Positions 38,639 to 52,644 are shown, numbered from the whole stretch's first letter. The stretch is 62,017 nucleotides of DNA, filler included, from Choristocarpus tenellus KU-1152 (GCA_964200185.2; 12 parts of 12 records of this genome joined end to end with filler, not necessarily neighbours in it), one strand, 5' to 3'. Notes: generated by a model not told the origin, from the sequence alone. Numbers and translations are program-made.

Positions 38639-40837
38639 GGATTAGACAGCTATTTGGTTGACCTAGTGATTCTGTGGTTGTGAATAGAGTGGGAATTATG
38701 CTGAGAGGTGTAAAGAAAAGGTGAGGGTTTTTATAAGACTGTGGAGTCGTTAAGATAGCAGCTGTGCTTGCTTGTGCTCCTTGTATTAGTGATATGAAAA
38801 TGGGGTGGCTAGGGTAAGGTTTATAAATATTTTTTTCAAGATGGATATTGAACATACTGAGTGGTAGATCTAGGTGGCTATTAACACATCTACTATTTTC
38901 TATCTCTACCAATACTACAGTGTGATTTTTTGTTATTGCTTCGAAGGAAGTTGACCTTGCCTATTCTGTACTAGAACCCATCAGTGGGGGCTCTTCTGTA
39001 CTCATATTTTTTGTTTGAGGACTGACCAATGCAGTGCTTCTGGTTCTTGGAGATAATTGTAAGGTACTGCTCTGGTATAGAGGTGATTTGGATTAGGGTT
39101 AAGGTTGGGGATAGTTGACTGCAATCTTGTTCATCATGTGTACAGAGGAATAATGGATGTCGATTAGAAGTGTTGCCTGGGCAGGGAGGGAAGGGAGTGA
39201 GTGAGTTAGTATGTAGCCTTAACCTCTTTTTTATGGAATGAGTCCTTGTCTATGTTGGAAGGGAAAAGGTCAGTAGTGATTTGAAAATAGTGATGAAGGA
39301 TGAAAGGAGACAGTTGTGGTATTATGAGCGATTTCATTGTGGGTATAGACTAATGGTATATATGTTTGTCTTTGGACAGCACTATGTTGGGGAGATGGGA
39401 TTCAATGCGATGTTATTCTGACATGGAGAGGTAGGGGGAGGGGGGGGTTAAGTAACAATGGTGTTCCCCAACACTGCTCAGAAGATCAGTTGTTTATGTC
39501 ATTTTTGTAAGCAACTGATCAAAATGGAGTGAGCTAGCCTTGTCCATGGGGGCAATCTTTACCTAGTCAACCTTGTAGCCTATCAGTCTGTTGGCAATTG
39601 ATTATTTGTTCTTTATTGTTGAGACCTCAGACATTTTCAGTCAGTCCACCCTCAGTTTCTATTCTACTTGTATCCCTCAATACTTCCTCCTTCCTGTTCT
39701 TTTAACTCTTTATTCACCAAATTACAATACCAATAGCTCCATTCAGTCACTACATTTTCACTGCTTGACAGGGAGGGGGAGGCAAAGATCACTCCTGTTG
39801 TAGTAGACACTTGGTCAATGGTCCAAGTACACATGAAGATAGCATGGCAAGAAACCTGGGTTTTTTTAAAATCTAACCCATTTACTGTGGGTGTTTATAC
39901 TACAGGTGTGTCAGACAATATGGAGGCGTGTATATGAGTGGAGAGAGTGAGAGAGATAGGGCTGTGATGGTACTATGTCCAGCATGTGTAACGAGCACAG
40001 GAGGGCGCTGCTTCCCTTACAGCAGCAAGAGAAGGAGAGGTACTGAGGAGACTCGGGGCTTGAGCTAACAGTCTTGTTTGAGGAAGTGTGACTGTGTGAG
40101 AGGCGATGGAGATGGTGGAGGCGTCTACTCTTTGGGGTTTGGGTATGGCCTCTATCTGCCTGGATGGCAACTGNNNNNNNNNNNNNNNNNNNNNNNNNNN
40201 NNNNNNNNNNNNNNNNNTTAATTAATTAANNNNNNNNNNNNNNNNNNNNNNNNNNNNNNNNNNNNNNNNNNNNGAAACACCACCAGTATCGCCAAAACAT
40301 CAAAAAAAAATTAATTTTTCAAAAAAAAAACAAAAAACCCCCCCCCCCCCCCCCCCCCCCCCCCCTTCAGATACTTGGACCCAGTAGAGTGTGTGTTTTG
40401 GTTTATCAGCAGCCTGTTGTTGCACACCCGTGTGCAGGGGAGTAGTTGACTCCTTTTGACTCTCCGCCCTAAGTACAGCAGCGGTCTTTTGTCACCTGTA
40501 TCATGAGACGTCGAGTTTAATTTCAATTTTTTGTACTCCGGAGAGGGGACTACATACTTCGTAGTGTACGTGCGTTGCACTCAAATCAATGGTACTGAAA
40601 AATATATATATATATGTATATATATATGTGAGGATTGAGGGACATTTGTTGAGCAAGTGCTCTTTTCTATCAGATCAGTGCTCTGCCTCTACATGCATTG
40701 ACCATTTTCATTGCAAACTTTAAGGAAAAAAATATATTAAATAATTCTTTTTTTTTTAGTGTGTCCCCCTCCCTGCCTGCCTCCCTGGCCTGCCTGCTTC
40801 CTTCCTGCCCCTACTGACGATCCCTTTCTCGTGGCAG

Positions 40838-42787
40838 TTATTATCACAGCAAATGAGGGTGCTCCGAGGAAGTGTGGCAAATATGATGATTCCAGTCGTG
40901 TGTCAGTGATTGCAAGGAGGCTTCACTCCAAGGACACCTTCCTCCGCAATGATGCCACCCTTGGTCGGCTACAGGCGAGTGTGTGTATGTTTCTGTGTAT
41001 GCGTAGGCGTATGCTTGTGCATGAAGCACAGGGCGGGGTTTATTGACATTGGGATGGCGTTTGGGTCAAATTCTGCTAAGGGTTTGATTTCTGGTGTGAG
41101 CGCTGGGGTGGGTGAGGAGTAAGTATATTACTGTCTTAAATGGTTTTGATTTTTTGTAAGTCAAGTAGTAACGCATGCCGTACAACTCCGAAGACTATAA
41201 TAGTTTGGTGTTTCATGCTCACTTTTCAATCGCCGCCATTGGCTCAGACGTCACACACTTCTTTCTCTCTTTCCACCCCCTTCTTTCCATGTCTTTTTTT
41301 TTTGTATTATCCGCGATCAAGTCACATGGCGTGATCTATCGACCCTCCCAATTTGTTTCTCGTCGAGGTGAAAAGAATATGTAGGGTTTATTTACTGTGA
41401 GCCAAAGTATCTTTAGAGGGGTAGAGGGTCGTTCGTGTCCATTTGTGGGCCAAAATCCAATGTTTTGATTTTGATGTAATTTTTCGACTACCGTGTTTGT
41501 TAGGAAGTGTTAATATCCTTGTTCCTGACACACCTTTTCCATGACGTATACATCATTATACCTACTCGGAAACATTTCGGAGTAGGAAATTGTCATTAAA
41601 AAAAAACAAAAAAAACATTGGAAGTCAAGCCCCCAAATAATGGACAAACAGGGAAAAAAACTCGTACCCTCTAAGAAAGATACTTTCACTCTGTGTCAGT
41701 TAATGAATGCTCTCCTGTTGTTGCTTGGAGTGATGATAGGTTACGAGCGAGGAGCCCTTTCAGGATAACTTAAAGGATCTCTACGCATTTGGCAGCAGGC
41801 GAGACGAGGCCCCTTGTCCCTAAAAGGACCCCCCTTACGAATACGTATTTTTTTGTAACAAGTCATATATATATATTTATATATATGTATATATATCTTA
41901 GTAGAGGAAAAAAACAATGCCCTCTTTATCTTCTTTTGTATGTGGATTATTTCTTAATGTTCCGTGCTAGCTAGGAGTTGTTTCCTCTCCCTCTGAAGTT
42001 GGAATTTATTTATTTTTTAGTGGGAGGCTTTGTGTTGCGTTGGATGATTTTTAGGATGTGTTTTATCATTTCATTTGGGGAGTTGGCATAGCCTGCCGGT
42101 CATGGTCTGGCCCTGGGTGAATATGTCGGTACTGGGGTAGTCTTTGACCTGGCGATCTCGAAATTTTGATGGATGGCGATAGGCAGATCCTGGTATACCT
42201 TAATTATGGTGCGAGGTTGTCCGGCGGCCCGATTGTGTTGTAATTATTGTCGACTGTTGTTTACTGGTTCGGTCTGTTTGAGGTGGATTTTGCGAGGGCC
42301 TGAAAGTATGTTGCAGTTTGTCTCGAACATGTGTGGGAATAAAAAATTGTTGTTTAAATACTCTTTCAGCCACCGATTGAGAAAACACTTTGTTTTATCT
42401 AATCCAACCAATTATCTGAAGCGTCAATTTTTTTCCCCCCGTCAAACAGGTAACGGGCAGGATGAAGGTCCGGGAGCATTTTTCGCGTCCTTGATGATGA
42501 ACGAAGTCCCATATCTTTGCGTGTGGTGGAGTTGACGATGGGTTGTTCTAAATGGGTGTTGAATGTTCCTGTACCTGCATCCTGCTAGTTTGTGGTAGAG
42601 TGAGGTATTTGGGGTGTACCTGAAGATGAATCGGGGGTTAACAGTGAATTGCTTTCTCTTGTTACTACTGTACAAGTATTTTGTTGAGAAGACGGTGCGC
42701 TCCTGTTAGGTGTTGTTACAAATGGATCAGAGGGGTGTGGGTGTAAGACTTCGTAATGTGTAATGTTCAAACAGTTTGCAATGACAT

Positions 42788-42839
<52 letters not shown>

Positions 42840-43000
42840 TTTGATAGGATGAACGATTGCCGGTCATATCAGGTCCATTTCCATCTGGAACAGCGAAGGA
42901 GAGCATGTCTGGGATAGTGCTGGCTTTATTGAGAGATTCGTTGCAGACTCGTCCAATGGGTGGAGAGACTATCACAATTCAGAGGGCATTGACAGTGATG
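40838..43000 (+). CDS. Internal exons of a choice-of-anchor I / MSP130-like (alkaline phosphatase-associated) protein. Exons 40838-40974, 41740-41798, 42873-43000
   Basis: IITANEGAPR...NDATLGRLQ|VTSEE...DLYAFGSR|SISIWNSEGEHVWDSAGFIE matches the family motifs TANEG, LGRL.VT, LYAFG.RS.SIW, V.DSG; both introns use GC donors. Confidence 0.82.
41399..41691. mobile_element. MITE family 1 copy E (intronic), flanks TGT/TGT
   Basis: Full-length match with many small insertions. Confidence 0.88.
42790..42837 (+). repeat. (AC)n microsatellite
   Basis: Directly visible. Confidence 0.97.
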
Positions 43001-43862
43001 GTAAGGACCTATTTGTGGCTTGTGGAAGGAGGGGATGAAAGTGGGGGAGGTGATTAGAAGTAGAGGCCAACCAAGCATGAATCGCTGAAACTCTGTGGAT
43101 GTACAGTGCCCTAACTTCTGTTTTTTTCAGTATTAAGATTTGTAGGTTCTCTTTAGTCTGAAGCATTACCAAGACCAGCAAGAACAGGTATATACGTTTA
43201 GTTTCCAAGTCTGAATCATGATGAGTAATCCTACTGTTTTTACAGGGTCTGAGTGTCAAAGAGTTGCAATGCTTTGATGAATTCGGTAGTGTTGATTGTG
43301 TGCTGTTGTAGTGTGTAGGTATGCAGTGCATGCACAGTTATGTTGTGTTTGGGTCCAACTACGGGAGACTGCAGGGTGGCGGCAACCAAGGGGGGGNNNN
43401 NNNNNNNNNNNNNNNNNNNNNNNNNNNNNNNNNNNNNNNNTTAATTAATTAANNNNNNNNNNNNNNNNNNNNNNNNNNNNNNNNNNNNNNNNNNNNCCAG
43501 TTCTGGTCTCAAAAAAAAAACAATAGACCCCTACTTTGACGGCTTGAAGCACCTCGAGTTTGTACCTGATGATCCTCGATCCCCCCCTTTTCTGAAAACT
43601 GAGAGATCAACCCGATTTCATTCTGTGGGTTTATCGTCCGATTCGGCGCCATTGTCGCTCGGTGAGCCCAGATGTTTCGCGGCACAAAGTATTACAACGC
43701 CCTCTTACGTTTTGTACATGTCAAAATTTTAGGTGTGGAACTCTTGTGTACCATGTCCAAGACGGGTAAGTACTCTGGATACAAGATAAATAAATAATAA
43801 CCAAAACATCAACAATTTTGAATGCAAGCTAAATCATGCCATCATGTGTCAAGGGGTTTAGT

Positions 43863-44121
43863 GTGTCAAAGTAAACGAGTGGTACCCATTTTTTGGTCCT
43901 TTTACATTATAAGCCGATTTTCAATCTTTGCAATTCAGGGATATTTCTATGAATGAAGTGCTAGGTTTGACTCGAGAGGGTTTATTTGTCCATGTTTTTT
44001 AATATTTCGACATGATTAAAAAAATATCTTACACACCTTTGTAAAAAAAAGCCTAATATTTTCACATATTTCCCAAGATCTTTAAAATGCAACTCTGTTT
44101 ACCTCTCGCTTACTTTGATTC
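43863..44121. mobile_element. MITE family 3 copy, 3-bp TSD AGT
   Basis: TIRs plus duplicated flanks. Confidence 0.82.
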
Positions 44122-45070
44122 AGTAGGTATGCAATGTGTATGAGAAGCACACAATGCTAAGGTCTCCTTCATATTGTCGCCAACTCTCGGACCTACTATA
44201 CACTCAAATACCTCAAAATCACGGCACAAACATGGTTGCTCTATTGAGTTTATTGATGCCCTTCAAACAGATACGCCTTGCCCACCCCTAGTCTTGCATA
44301 CTACTACTGCCTTGTACTGCAATCTAATACTACTGCTTACACACCAATCTTCGATTGAAAGCACCCTTCCACTGGCAAACAGCCCACTCAAGGAATTTCT
44401 CCGCCTCTGGTCCCACCCTGAAATTCAATTCAATTAATCACAGTGAGCAAGTGACATTTACATGTGCGCCACAAATTGCTCAGCGGGTAGTCGATTGCAT
44501 TTTTTTTTTTGAGGTTTATGCTTGAGAAGCACCGTTCACGATAATACAGGAGTGACGCATGACTCCATAGATTTTGTCAGCTTGAACAAGTCGGGGTATT
44601 CTTCTGCCTCACACTCACTCTCTACTCTACTATGCCAAAATGCAACGTGTATTGTAACGAACTCGTGACTTCTGTGCTTTCGTTCCAACTGCTTTGCTGA
44701 AGTGATCCTCCTTTCATGTCCATGGTCCTTCCCCTTCGATTTCTCAGTGTACTCTCCATGCTGGGGTTTGTTAGTTTCGAAAATATCTCAAGACTTTGGG
44801 CCACGTCGAACCTCGTATTTGAGGTGCGTCGCACATTGCTACTTTTCTCTAAAGGGATTATCATCTGCAATAGGGCAATTTCCCTTTTTGCTGACATAGT
44901 GCCGAGGAACTTCCTCAGTCCTGTCGTTATCATGTACCAAAAACCTAATGTTAAAATTTGTTTCAGCAGACTGTGGTACTAAACACAAAACACTTTCCAA
45001 AGTGGCAACTCTACATAAACTCGTACTCAACTCTTTCAGCATAGTCAGCCACATTACTTAAAGCTGCAGT

Positions 45071-45212
45071 GAACCAAAGTAAATGAGAGGTAGTGGTATA
45101 TTTAAAGGATGCTGACAAATGTTCGATATTCGTCTTTTTGTCCGAATGCTTATCGGAACTTTACTGAACTACAACACGGCGAAAACCTGGGTACTCTTGT
45201 TTACTTTGGTTT
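45071..45212. mobile_element. MITE family 3 short derivative, 3-bp TSD AGT
   Basis: GAACCAAAGTAAATGAGAG...CTCTTGTTTACTTTGGTTT. Confidence 0.78.
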
Positions 45213-46504
45213 AGTCACCACTTCGAACCCTTGAAGCGTTAGGGTAACCTTTGTATGCTTGTAGATGAAGGTGGTACCTTGAGGTTGCTTGTTTAAGGCC
45301 TCCATGAATGCCTTCACTCTTGATTCCCCCCCCAGTGTGTCGAGAAACTTATTGAAACCATGCCACTGTAAGAAGTTGATATTGTGGTAGATATGATATA
45401 CAAGGATTGGGTACAAATGTGGAGTGTGGTGACGATAGTAAGGAAAATTCGATCATTTCAACATGCGCACATAGCACCATACTATAAAAACCTAAATACC
45501 CTTTCACAATTTAAGTACTTAAATGTTACATAGAAACCTTAACCCATTGTGGGGTTTGCGCTATGAAAAAAACATACCAAATCTGGATGTCACTATATTA
45601 ATGAGAAATACGAACAACTCTCAAATGTTATGAATTTCTTGAACAGTATTTATTCAGTAGATGAAACCAGACACTTGACAAGTGTTTTGGAAGTGGTTGG
45701 GCTGCCTGAACATGTTGTGCACAGCATGTGAAAAGTGGTAATTTTGGTGCACGAAGGAAGGTCTCAACACAGGCATATCTCACATCTGCGAACTTGGCCC
45801 TGATTTCATCCTCCATCCGAGACGGCACATTCCGAACACTGGAGGATGTAAGGAGTCAATTAATATTGGAAAAACCTGTTCAGGCTGTCAAGCACCAGCA
45901 GTAGATCTCTCACACGAAAGACCATATCGAGACTCTCTGGGACTTCACAATATTAATGTAGATATCTTCGTAGCCTTTACCTTTACCTTTACCTTGACCA
46001 TCTTCGTAGTCACCCTACCTCCTCCCCCCCGTCTCATCCTCCCCCCCATCCTGTGGTGCAATCTTCTTACNNNNNNNNNNNNNNNNNNNNNNNNNNNNNN
46101 NNNNNNNNNNNNNNTTAATTAATTAANNNNNNNNNNNNNNNNNNNNNNNNNNNNNNNNNNNNNNNNNNNNCTATGTCACTTATCCTGTGTAGCTAGTACT
46201 ATGTCAGAACTCCTCCATCAGTCCATTTATATCAAGCAATAAGAAATCGATCATCTGCGATTTGACCTCATTACTTTACACACACGAACACAAGTCAATG
46301 AAACTTATTCCACTTAGCCAACATTCCTGTTGTCTCGTAGTGTTCACTAAACACATATAAACCATATAGACTATCAGCCTCTATTGCACAACCATGAACT
46401 ACCTTCCTTGCATTTTTTGCAATTGACCATGAACTACCTATGAAAAGTTCGAGGGAGTAAAGGAGAGCTCATGTATCACATGTACTGAATGTGGTCAAGA
46501 GATT

Positions 46505-46690
46505 TGTTAGACCCTGGATACCTGTTGTGTACTGATGGAAATACTTGGAAGGGATGGGTATTTGGAGGAGGCTGTGTGGGACTTAGTTGATAGAGGTTAC
46601 ACCTTGGATACCTGTTGTGTGTTGAGGGAAAGACTTGGCAGGGACGAGTATTTGGAGGAGACTGGGTGGGACTTAGGCGACAGGTTACAC
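46505..46690 (+). repeat. ~90-bp direct tandem duplication x2
   Basis: TGGATACCTGTTGTGT...GTATTTGGAGGAG...GTGGGACTTAG occurs twice. Confidence 0.8.
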
Positions 46691-46880
46691 AAACACACAT
46701 ACACAAACACAAACACACCCACCACTAAACGGATATTCCAAAGCTCCTGGCACATGAGCAGAAAAGAGTAACTAAAAAGATATTTGAGTGGCATGCAGCC
46801 AAGAAATTTAGTCTGGTTATGGGCCCTGCTTCCATTTCCCTTGAACCCGTCACCCATCAGTATTAGCATAGAGAGCCCGA

Positions 46881-47155
46881 GAGCCAAAGTAAACGAGAGG
46901 TACCCAGTTTTTGGCCGTTTTGCATTTAAAGTCTGTTTTTCAATCTTTTGCAATTCACCTACATCCGTATGGATGGTGCTATAAGTTTGAGTTCTAAGTT
47001 TAACTTGAGATCGTTTATTTCTCTATTTTTTGAAACGTTTCCTACACGACTCAGAAAATGCCCTATACACATTTTCAAAAAAAAGGCAATTTTTTTCACA
47101 TACTTATCAGCATCCTTCAAATGCAATTCTGGGTTTCTCTTGTTTACTTTGACTC
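46881..47155. mobile_element. MITE family 3 copy with atypical 9-bp flanking near-duplication (AGAGCCCGA/AGAGCCCGC)
   Basis: TIRs GAGCCAAAGTAAACGAGAG / CTCTTGTTTACTTTGACTC. Confidence 0.85.
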
Positions 47156-47644
47156 AGAGCCCGCTGTGTCTTGATGAGCTTTCAATGTCAAAAGGGTACC
47201 TCCACTCTGTGAAAGGAAACAAGGTTCAGGTAATGCCCTGAACCGGTACAGGTTGAATTTATTAAGTGAACGTCACTTTTCTTGTTTAGTCCACACCCCT
47301 CCCCCCCTGGCCAATTTTTTTCCTGGTACCCACATCATGCCCTTGGACGATTCTGAGGTGTTGTCACCTGGTAGCACACACTATATGCTAAAGTATTTGG
47401 CTAGGGTAAGGGTTAGGCTGGCTACCTACCACTCTTTAAAATACCTTAACCTACCCTAGGGCAGAGTCAAGGTGCTATTACATTCCCAATTAAACATAGC
47501 TTTGGACCTGACAAGATTTTATTCATTTCACACAGAAGGCAGACACAAAGGGAGAGAGAGAGGGAGAGAAGGGGGGGCATACTTTTGGGTGCATATACCC
47601 ACTTGTACACACTGCACATGGGGTCAATGCTTGTGGGTTCCAAC

Positions 47645-50600
47645 CTGGGAAAGAGTAGGTCGTCGCTGGGGTTCCTTCTGTAGCATCCAACGCATGAGTG
47701 CTGTTGCTTCGCTGCTACATGTGTCTGGCAGTGGTGGTGGAGGCGATCGAATGACCTTCGTTTTTTTTTTTTTTTTTGGGGGGGGGGGGTGAAAAGAATC
47801 AATCAGGATTGGGTAAGTAGATTGACTGTAGACAACCCACATCAAGGGCCAGGCTAGACAAGGAGAGTAAATTGAGGGAGTACCTATGCTTATTGGCAGT
47901 CTCAAGGTGAGGCAAGGGGATGTGCAGAAGGTCACCACCACCATAGAATGGACCAGGTGAAAACAGGTGAAAGATGTAATTTGAGAGGTCATCCTAGGGG
48001 CTGCCTTGGAGCCAAGGATCACCCAACACCACACACCCCTCGTATCAAAAAATGTCACTGTTAGAGTAATTGCTGTATCGGTGAATATGGAATAATATAT
48101 GGATATAATGTTCAGCTCCATAGTTAGGTACGAGAGCAGATCCTAAGGAGAGAACTTGGGTGAGTTTTCAGATCTGATCATCAACCTGGAGGATGGTGCA
48201 AGCGGGGGATACAAGTCCTGATGCATACATTGTACTTTGCAGTAGCAAGCACTCTACACTGGCTGTGAAAAAAAATTGTGTGCGGAGAACAGAAGGAACG
48301 GAATCCCTGCAACAAGATGACGTTTTGGATTCCACTGGGAAAAAAGCGTTATGAATTGAAGAAACTACACAGGTTGTTTGGAATGCACGGCATGTACTAA
48401 GAGGGTAAGCAGCAACAGAACCCAGGGAGGAAGCAAGTGGAGGATGAACACTGGTGTTAAACTCAGTGCTCTACCATAATATCTGAAGGCTGCTGTCTAT
48501 GGAACTGGAAAGGTTTCTGCACGAGGTGGAAAATGTTAAGCTGTTTCAAAATGGTAGTGTCGGTTAAACTGGTTGTGCTTCAGTTTGGGCAAGGGGTTCT
48601 GCATGGAAGCAGACTTGGTGCAGGCCTGAGAACAGTACAGACTGAGGGAGTCTATCGATTAAGATGCAAAGAATAAAAGGAGAGACTGGAAAAGAGTAGG
48701 GCAGAAAAAGGATGCTTTTGAGACACCTGGCGATGGGGACGGCTTGCCAGGTCGACTGAGGGATGAAAGAGCTTCAAAAAAGCGAAAGCAAAACAAAACA
48801 TAGATGAGGGAGATAGATTTTTTCCAACGGATGACTAGCTCGTAACATATTGCCTAATCTCTGCCAAGCAGTAAGTGAGGGGGGTTGGTGGGACAATATA
48901 GTGGTGCAAAAAAGCTCTACCTCAAATGTGCCAGTGAATTTTTCCATAGTCATAATACCTTACCACTAGACCCGTATCGGCCCCTATTCATTTCGCTGCT
49001 CCTGAAACACATTGAGAAGGGGAAATGGTTACTGACCTTTCACCTGTGTTGGACACTATAATGTGTGCAAGCATGTGCACTCTGCAAAAAACAAACAAAC
49101 GCCCATGCTTTGGAATAGCATTTTAGAGTGAGAGGGTTTGTACACTTTTCGCACCTGGGACACCATCATGACCACGTCCCGTGACCGGAACGGAACATCT
49201 AGGGCCAAGAGCTCAAACAATACAATCCCCAGGCTCCAAACATCCGACGGAAACCCATAGGGCTGGTTGTTGCACATCTCTGGGGAGGTGTAGTAGGGGG
49301 TGCCCACCTGATACGAAAAGTGTTTTTTTTTTCGTGGGGAATTGGGAAGTCTGGTTGTGTTGTACACCGTGCCTTTGTATTCGCTAAAGTACATTTTACC
49401 TACATTCCTCGCTCTTGATCTCCAGAGAGTATTTTTTATTATTCCTATCTAAAAGAGCACATGCTACTGTACATGTGCTGAATACTTGAATTGAGTGAAA
49501 GGCGGTAGATCGTAGTGTCAAATGTCGTCAGTACGGCAACGATACCACTTGGTTACTAAGCGCTCTAGCGTTGAAAAAAAAAGGTGTATGGGAATATATA
49601 CAAAGAGAGTAGGTGGAAGTTTTTTTATGTGCTTGTAAGAGTCGAAGGCACGATCAATCCGTAAGGTGTGTGAGAGGAAATGCCGACTTCCGCAAGGAAG
49701 TTTACTTATGTAGAGTGGTACATAGGATGTATATATATATATATATCTACGCAGATAATTGACCAATGGAAATATTTCAATTGCGATCTGGAATACTCTT
49801 CAATCAAATTATGAACTGGCTCAAAATGAAACATTGCGATTGACAAAGGTACGAAGAAAATTAAAAAGGAAGATATCGAAGAAGAAATTTCTTCAAGAGG
49901 TTTTAGGTGGTCGATTTGACACAAGAGTGCCTCGCTCAATGTTGTTGTAGGCAAGTGTTTGCAAAATTGTGGATCGACACTTGCAGCAGGCTTCCCCAAG
50001 TAGGGAGCGAGTGAGGGGTTGAGAGCTCCTCATCCCCCAAAAGGGTAAGAGCCAGGAAGTCGCTCTCGGACGGGGTAACACAGTAAATCTTAAATAAAGT
50101 GTTAGCATTGAGACCCTTACCATCGCTTCTTGTGGGCACAATTCCGTGGCAGTACCGTGGCAGTGTGTACCGGTCTTTCACTGCCTCGTGACTACTTGGC
50201 GAGTGACACACTACAGCGCATTTGGCAAACTCTCCTTTTTGAAGCTCAAGAATGGAGTGGCACACGGGGTATCTTATTTTTTATTGCAAGGAGTATTGTG
50301 TAGGGGGGTGGGATTACCAACGGAAAGCTTGGAGCTTTTTACAGTTACGTATTCGGGGGAAGGAGGGGTACACAATGTACCTTGAGTCAAAACTCAATGA
50401 GTGCGCTACCAAGAATACCATGCATAGTGATGGCATTTGGGCTTGACATCCTCCTCGGAAAAGATTACTGTGCAAAAGTGATTCTTGAAGGGGTTCAGCC
50501 CTGCAGAGTCACACCAATATTTAGTAGGTAGTACTGAGATCGAAAAATACAAAAATCATCAAAGCAATTGAAAATATCAAAATCAGAATAATAATAAAAA

Positions 50601-51197
50601 TAAAATAAATGTATTAAAGAAATGAGATGCGTGCGTACGTGTGTATCAATGATATTGAAGAGGTGGGTGGATGAAGCGTGTAGATATTTGGTTGCATAGA
50701 TATTTTTTTGTTGCTAGAAATTGATATATTTGTATGGTGTCCCTTACTCCTGAGTGAGGTGACGATGACAATAGTGATAGTGATAATGATAGTGATAGTA
50801 ATAACAATGATAGTATTTTTAATACAACAATGTTATGAAGAAGGAGAATAATGATAGTAACAACAAAGATAATTATAATGACATTAATGATAGTGACAAT
50901 GATATGATAATGATAATGACAAAGATAATGACAAAGATAATGATAACGATAATACCAATACCAATAATAGTAACAATAGTAAAATAGAAGCGATTGTTTA
51001 CTATCGAAGTACAATTGGTATGATGACATTCTAACCTCTGTTTTGACCTTCTTGTCGCCATCGTTCAGAACCTTGGCCAATCCAAAGTCTCCCAGCTGAA
51101 CGATTTTCTTGCTATCCATTAGAAATATGTTGTTTGGCTTGATGTCACGGTGCAGCACATGGCACTCATCGTGGAGGTAGTGAACCCCCATGCACAG
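47645..51197 (-). CDS. NEK: NIMA-related (NEK) Ser/Thr kinase, subdomains VIa-XI. Exons 51197-51036, 49307-49155, 47755-47645
   Basis: LCMGVHYLHDECHVLHRDIKPNNIFL...LGDFGLAKVL...TE|VGTPYYTSPEMCNNQPYGFPSDVWSLG...PF...Q|VIRSPPPPLPDTCS...MLQKEPQRRPTLSQ; phase-0 GT-AG introns. Confidence 0.9.
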
Positions 51198-51360
51198 CTA
51201 GTGGACAGGTATCAGGTTAGAGTCAGTGTCAGCGTTAGTGTTCGTGTTAGGTTAAGATTAACACATGGGAGTGCAGATAGAGCCCTGTAGCCCGACAGGG
51301 TCATTCCACAACAACAAAATTTTATAAAGTCTATGGTACACACCATACTGGGTCACAAGA

Positions 51361-51620
51361 GAGTCAAAAGTATCTCACAGGGTAGAGCCGCGTCCGTTTG
51401 GGGACCAAAATCCATGTTGCGATTTGGATGTAATTTTGGCTACCGTGTTTGTTGGGAAGTGTCAGATATCCTTGTTCCGGACACACCTTTTCATAACATA
51501 CACATTTTACCCACTCCGAAATATTTCGGAGTGGGTAAAATGTCATAAAATTCCTGTGGGAAGTCAAGCTCCAAACGGACAAACCGGGAAAAACTCGTAC
51601 CCTCTAAGATACTTTCACTC
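51361..51620. mobile_element. MITE family 1 copy F, flanks AAGA/AGGA
   Basis: Full-length match with TIRs. Confidence 0.9.
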
Positions 51621-52644
51621 AGGATGATGACTGAAATATTGCAACCTCTCTTCTTGCACTGTCAACCTTGGCATGTACATACACTATTATATATATTTGG
51701 TGAATGTAGCGTAAGGTGAGTGCTTCATCAATAGAAAAAAGGCACTTTCACAATATATATAGTATCTACTTCATCTGTTCATCATCAGTTTAAACAGTTT
51801 GTGGGGGCAGGCTACAAATGCACAAGGATGGTATCAGATCTTTGTTATTTTTCATGGGGGTCCTGAAAAAAACCTCAGCGAAACCTAACCCAATCTACTT
51901 AATCTACACTGCCTGCGCCAAAGCTTCATGAAATGCCTTCCCGATGCGATACAAAAACCATACCGTGATTTGTTAGGACTGATGCCAAACAAAGGATGTA
52001 CGTTGGAGTAGCTTTGAAGTACACTTGTCTATCATGTATATGTGGTATTGCACTCCAAGAATGTTTTCCAAAGCTAGTACTCCTGTCTACACTTGCAGAG
52101 TTCAACTAATGGGTTGCCAATGTTCCTGTGCAAATTCCATCGTAAGTTGTCCCTTAGAGTCCAATTCCTCTGCGATACACAGATTTATTTTTTTCTTCTG
52201 GTGATGGGGTTAGAACCAAGCCACACGTGAAATTAAGAAAATAGTTCATACCACTTTTCTTTTCTTTTTTTTGGGGGAGGGAGGAGGGACAAAAAGTCAT
52301 CAGTATGGTGTATCTCGTCATAATAGTCAACACTGTTGTGCTGATGATGGATCGCTCCGAGAAAAGATGTACAGCTCGGAGCGTATCTACTCTTCTGTGG
52401 CACTGGTAGAGCCAAGATATACCTGAAGAGGAGAAACAACAAATCATGATGGAAAAAGTAGTGTGTACTGGCACTTCCACATACCACCACCTGCACGCAG
52501 ATATAGACAACATATTGACTAATACCACCACCACCACCACCACCACTACAACTACAACTGCATATAATAATAGAAATAATAATAATAATAATAATAGTAA
52601 TAATATTTTTTCACAACAACAACGGTAATAACAATAATAACAAT

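Noticed and set aside
44500-46070. Possible Fanzor/TnpB or other nuclease relic
   Set aside because: Coding-like but no RuvC, zinc-finger or other diagnostic motif found.
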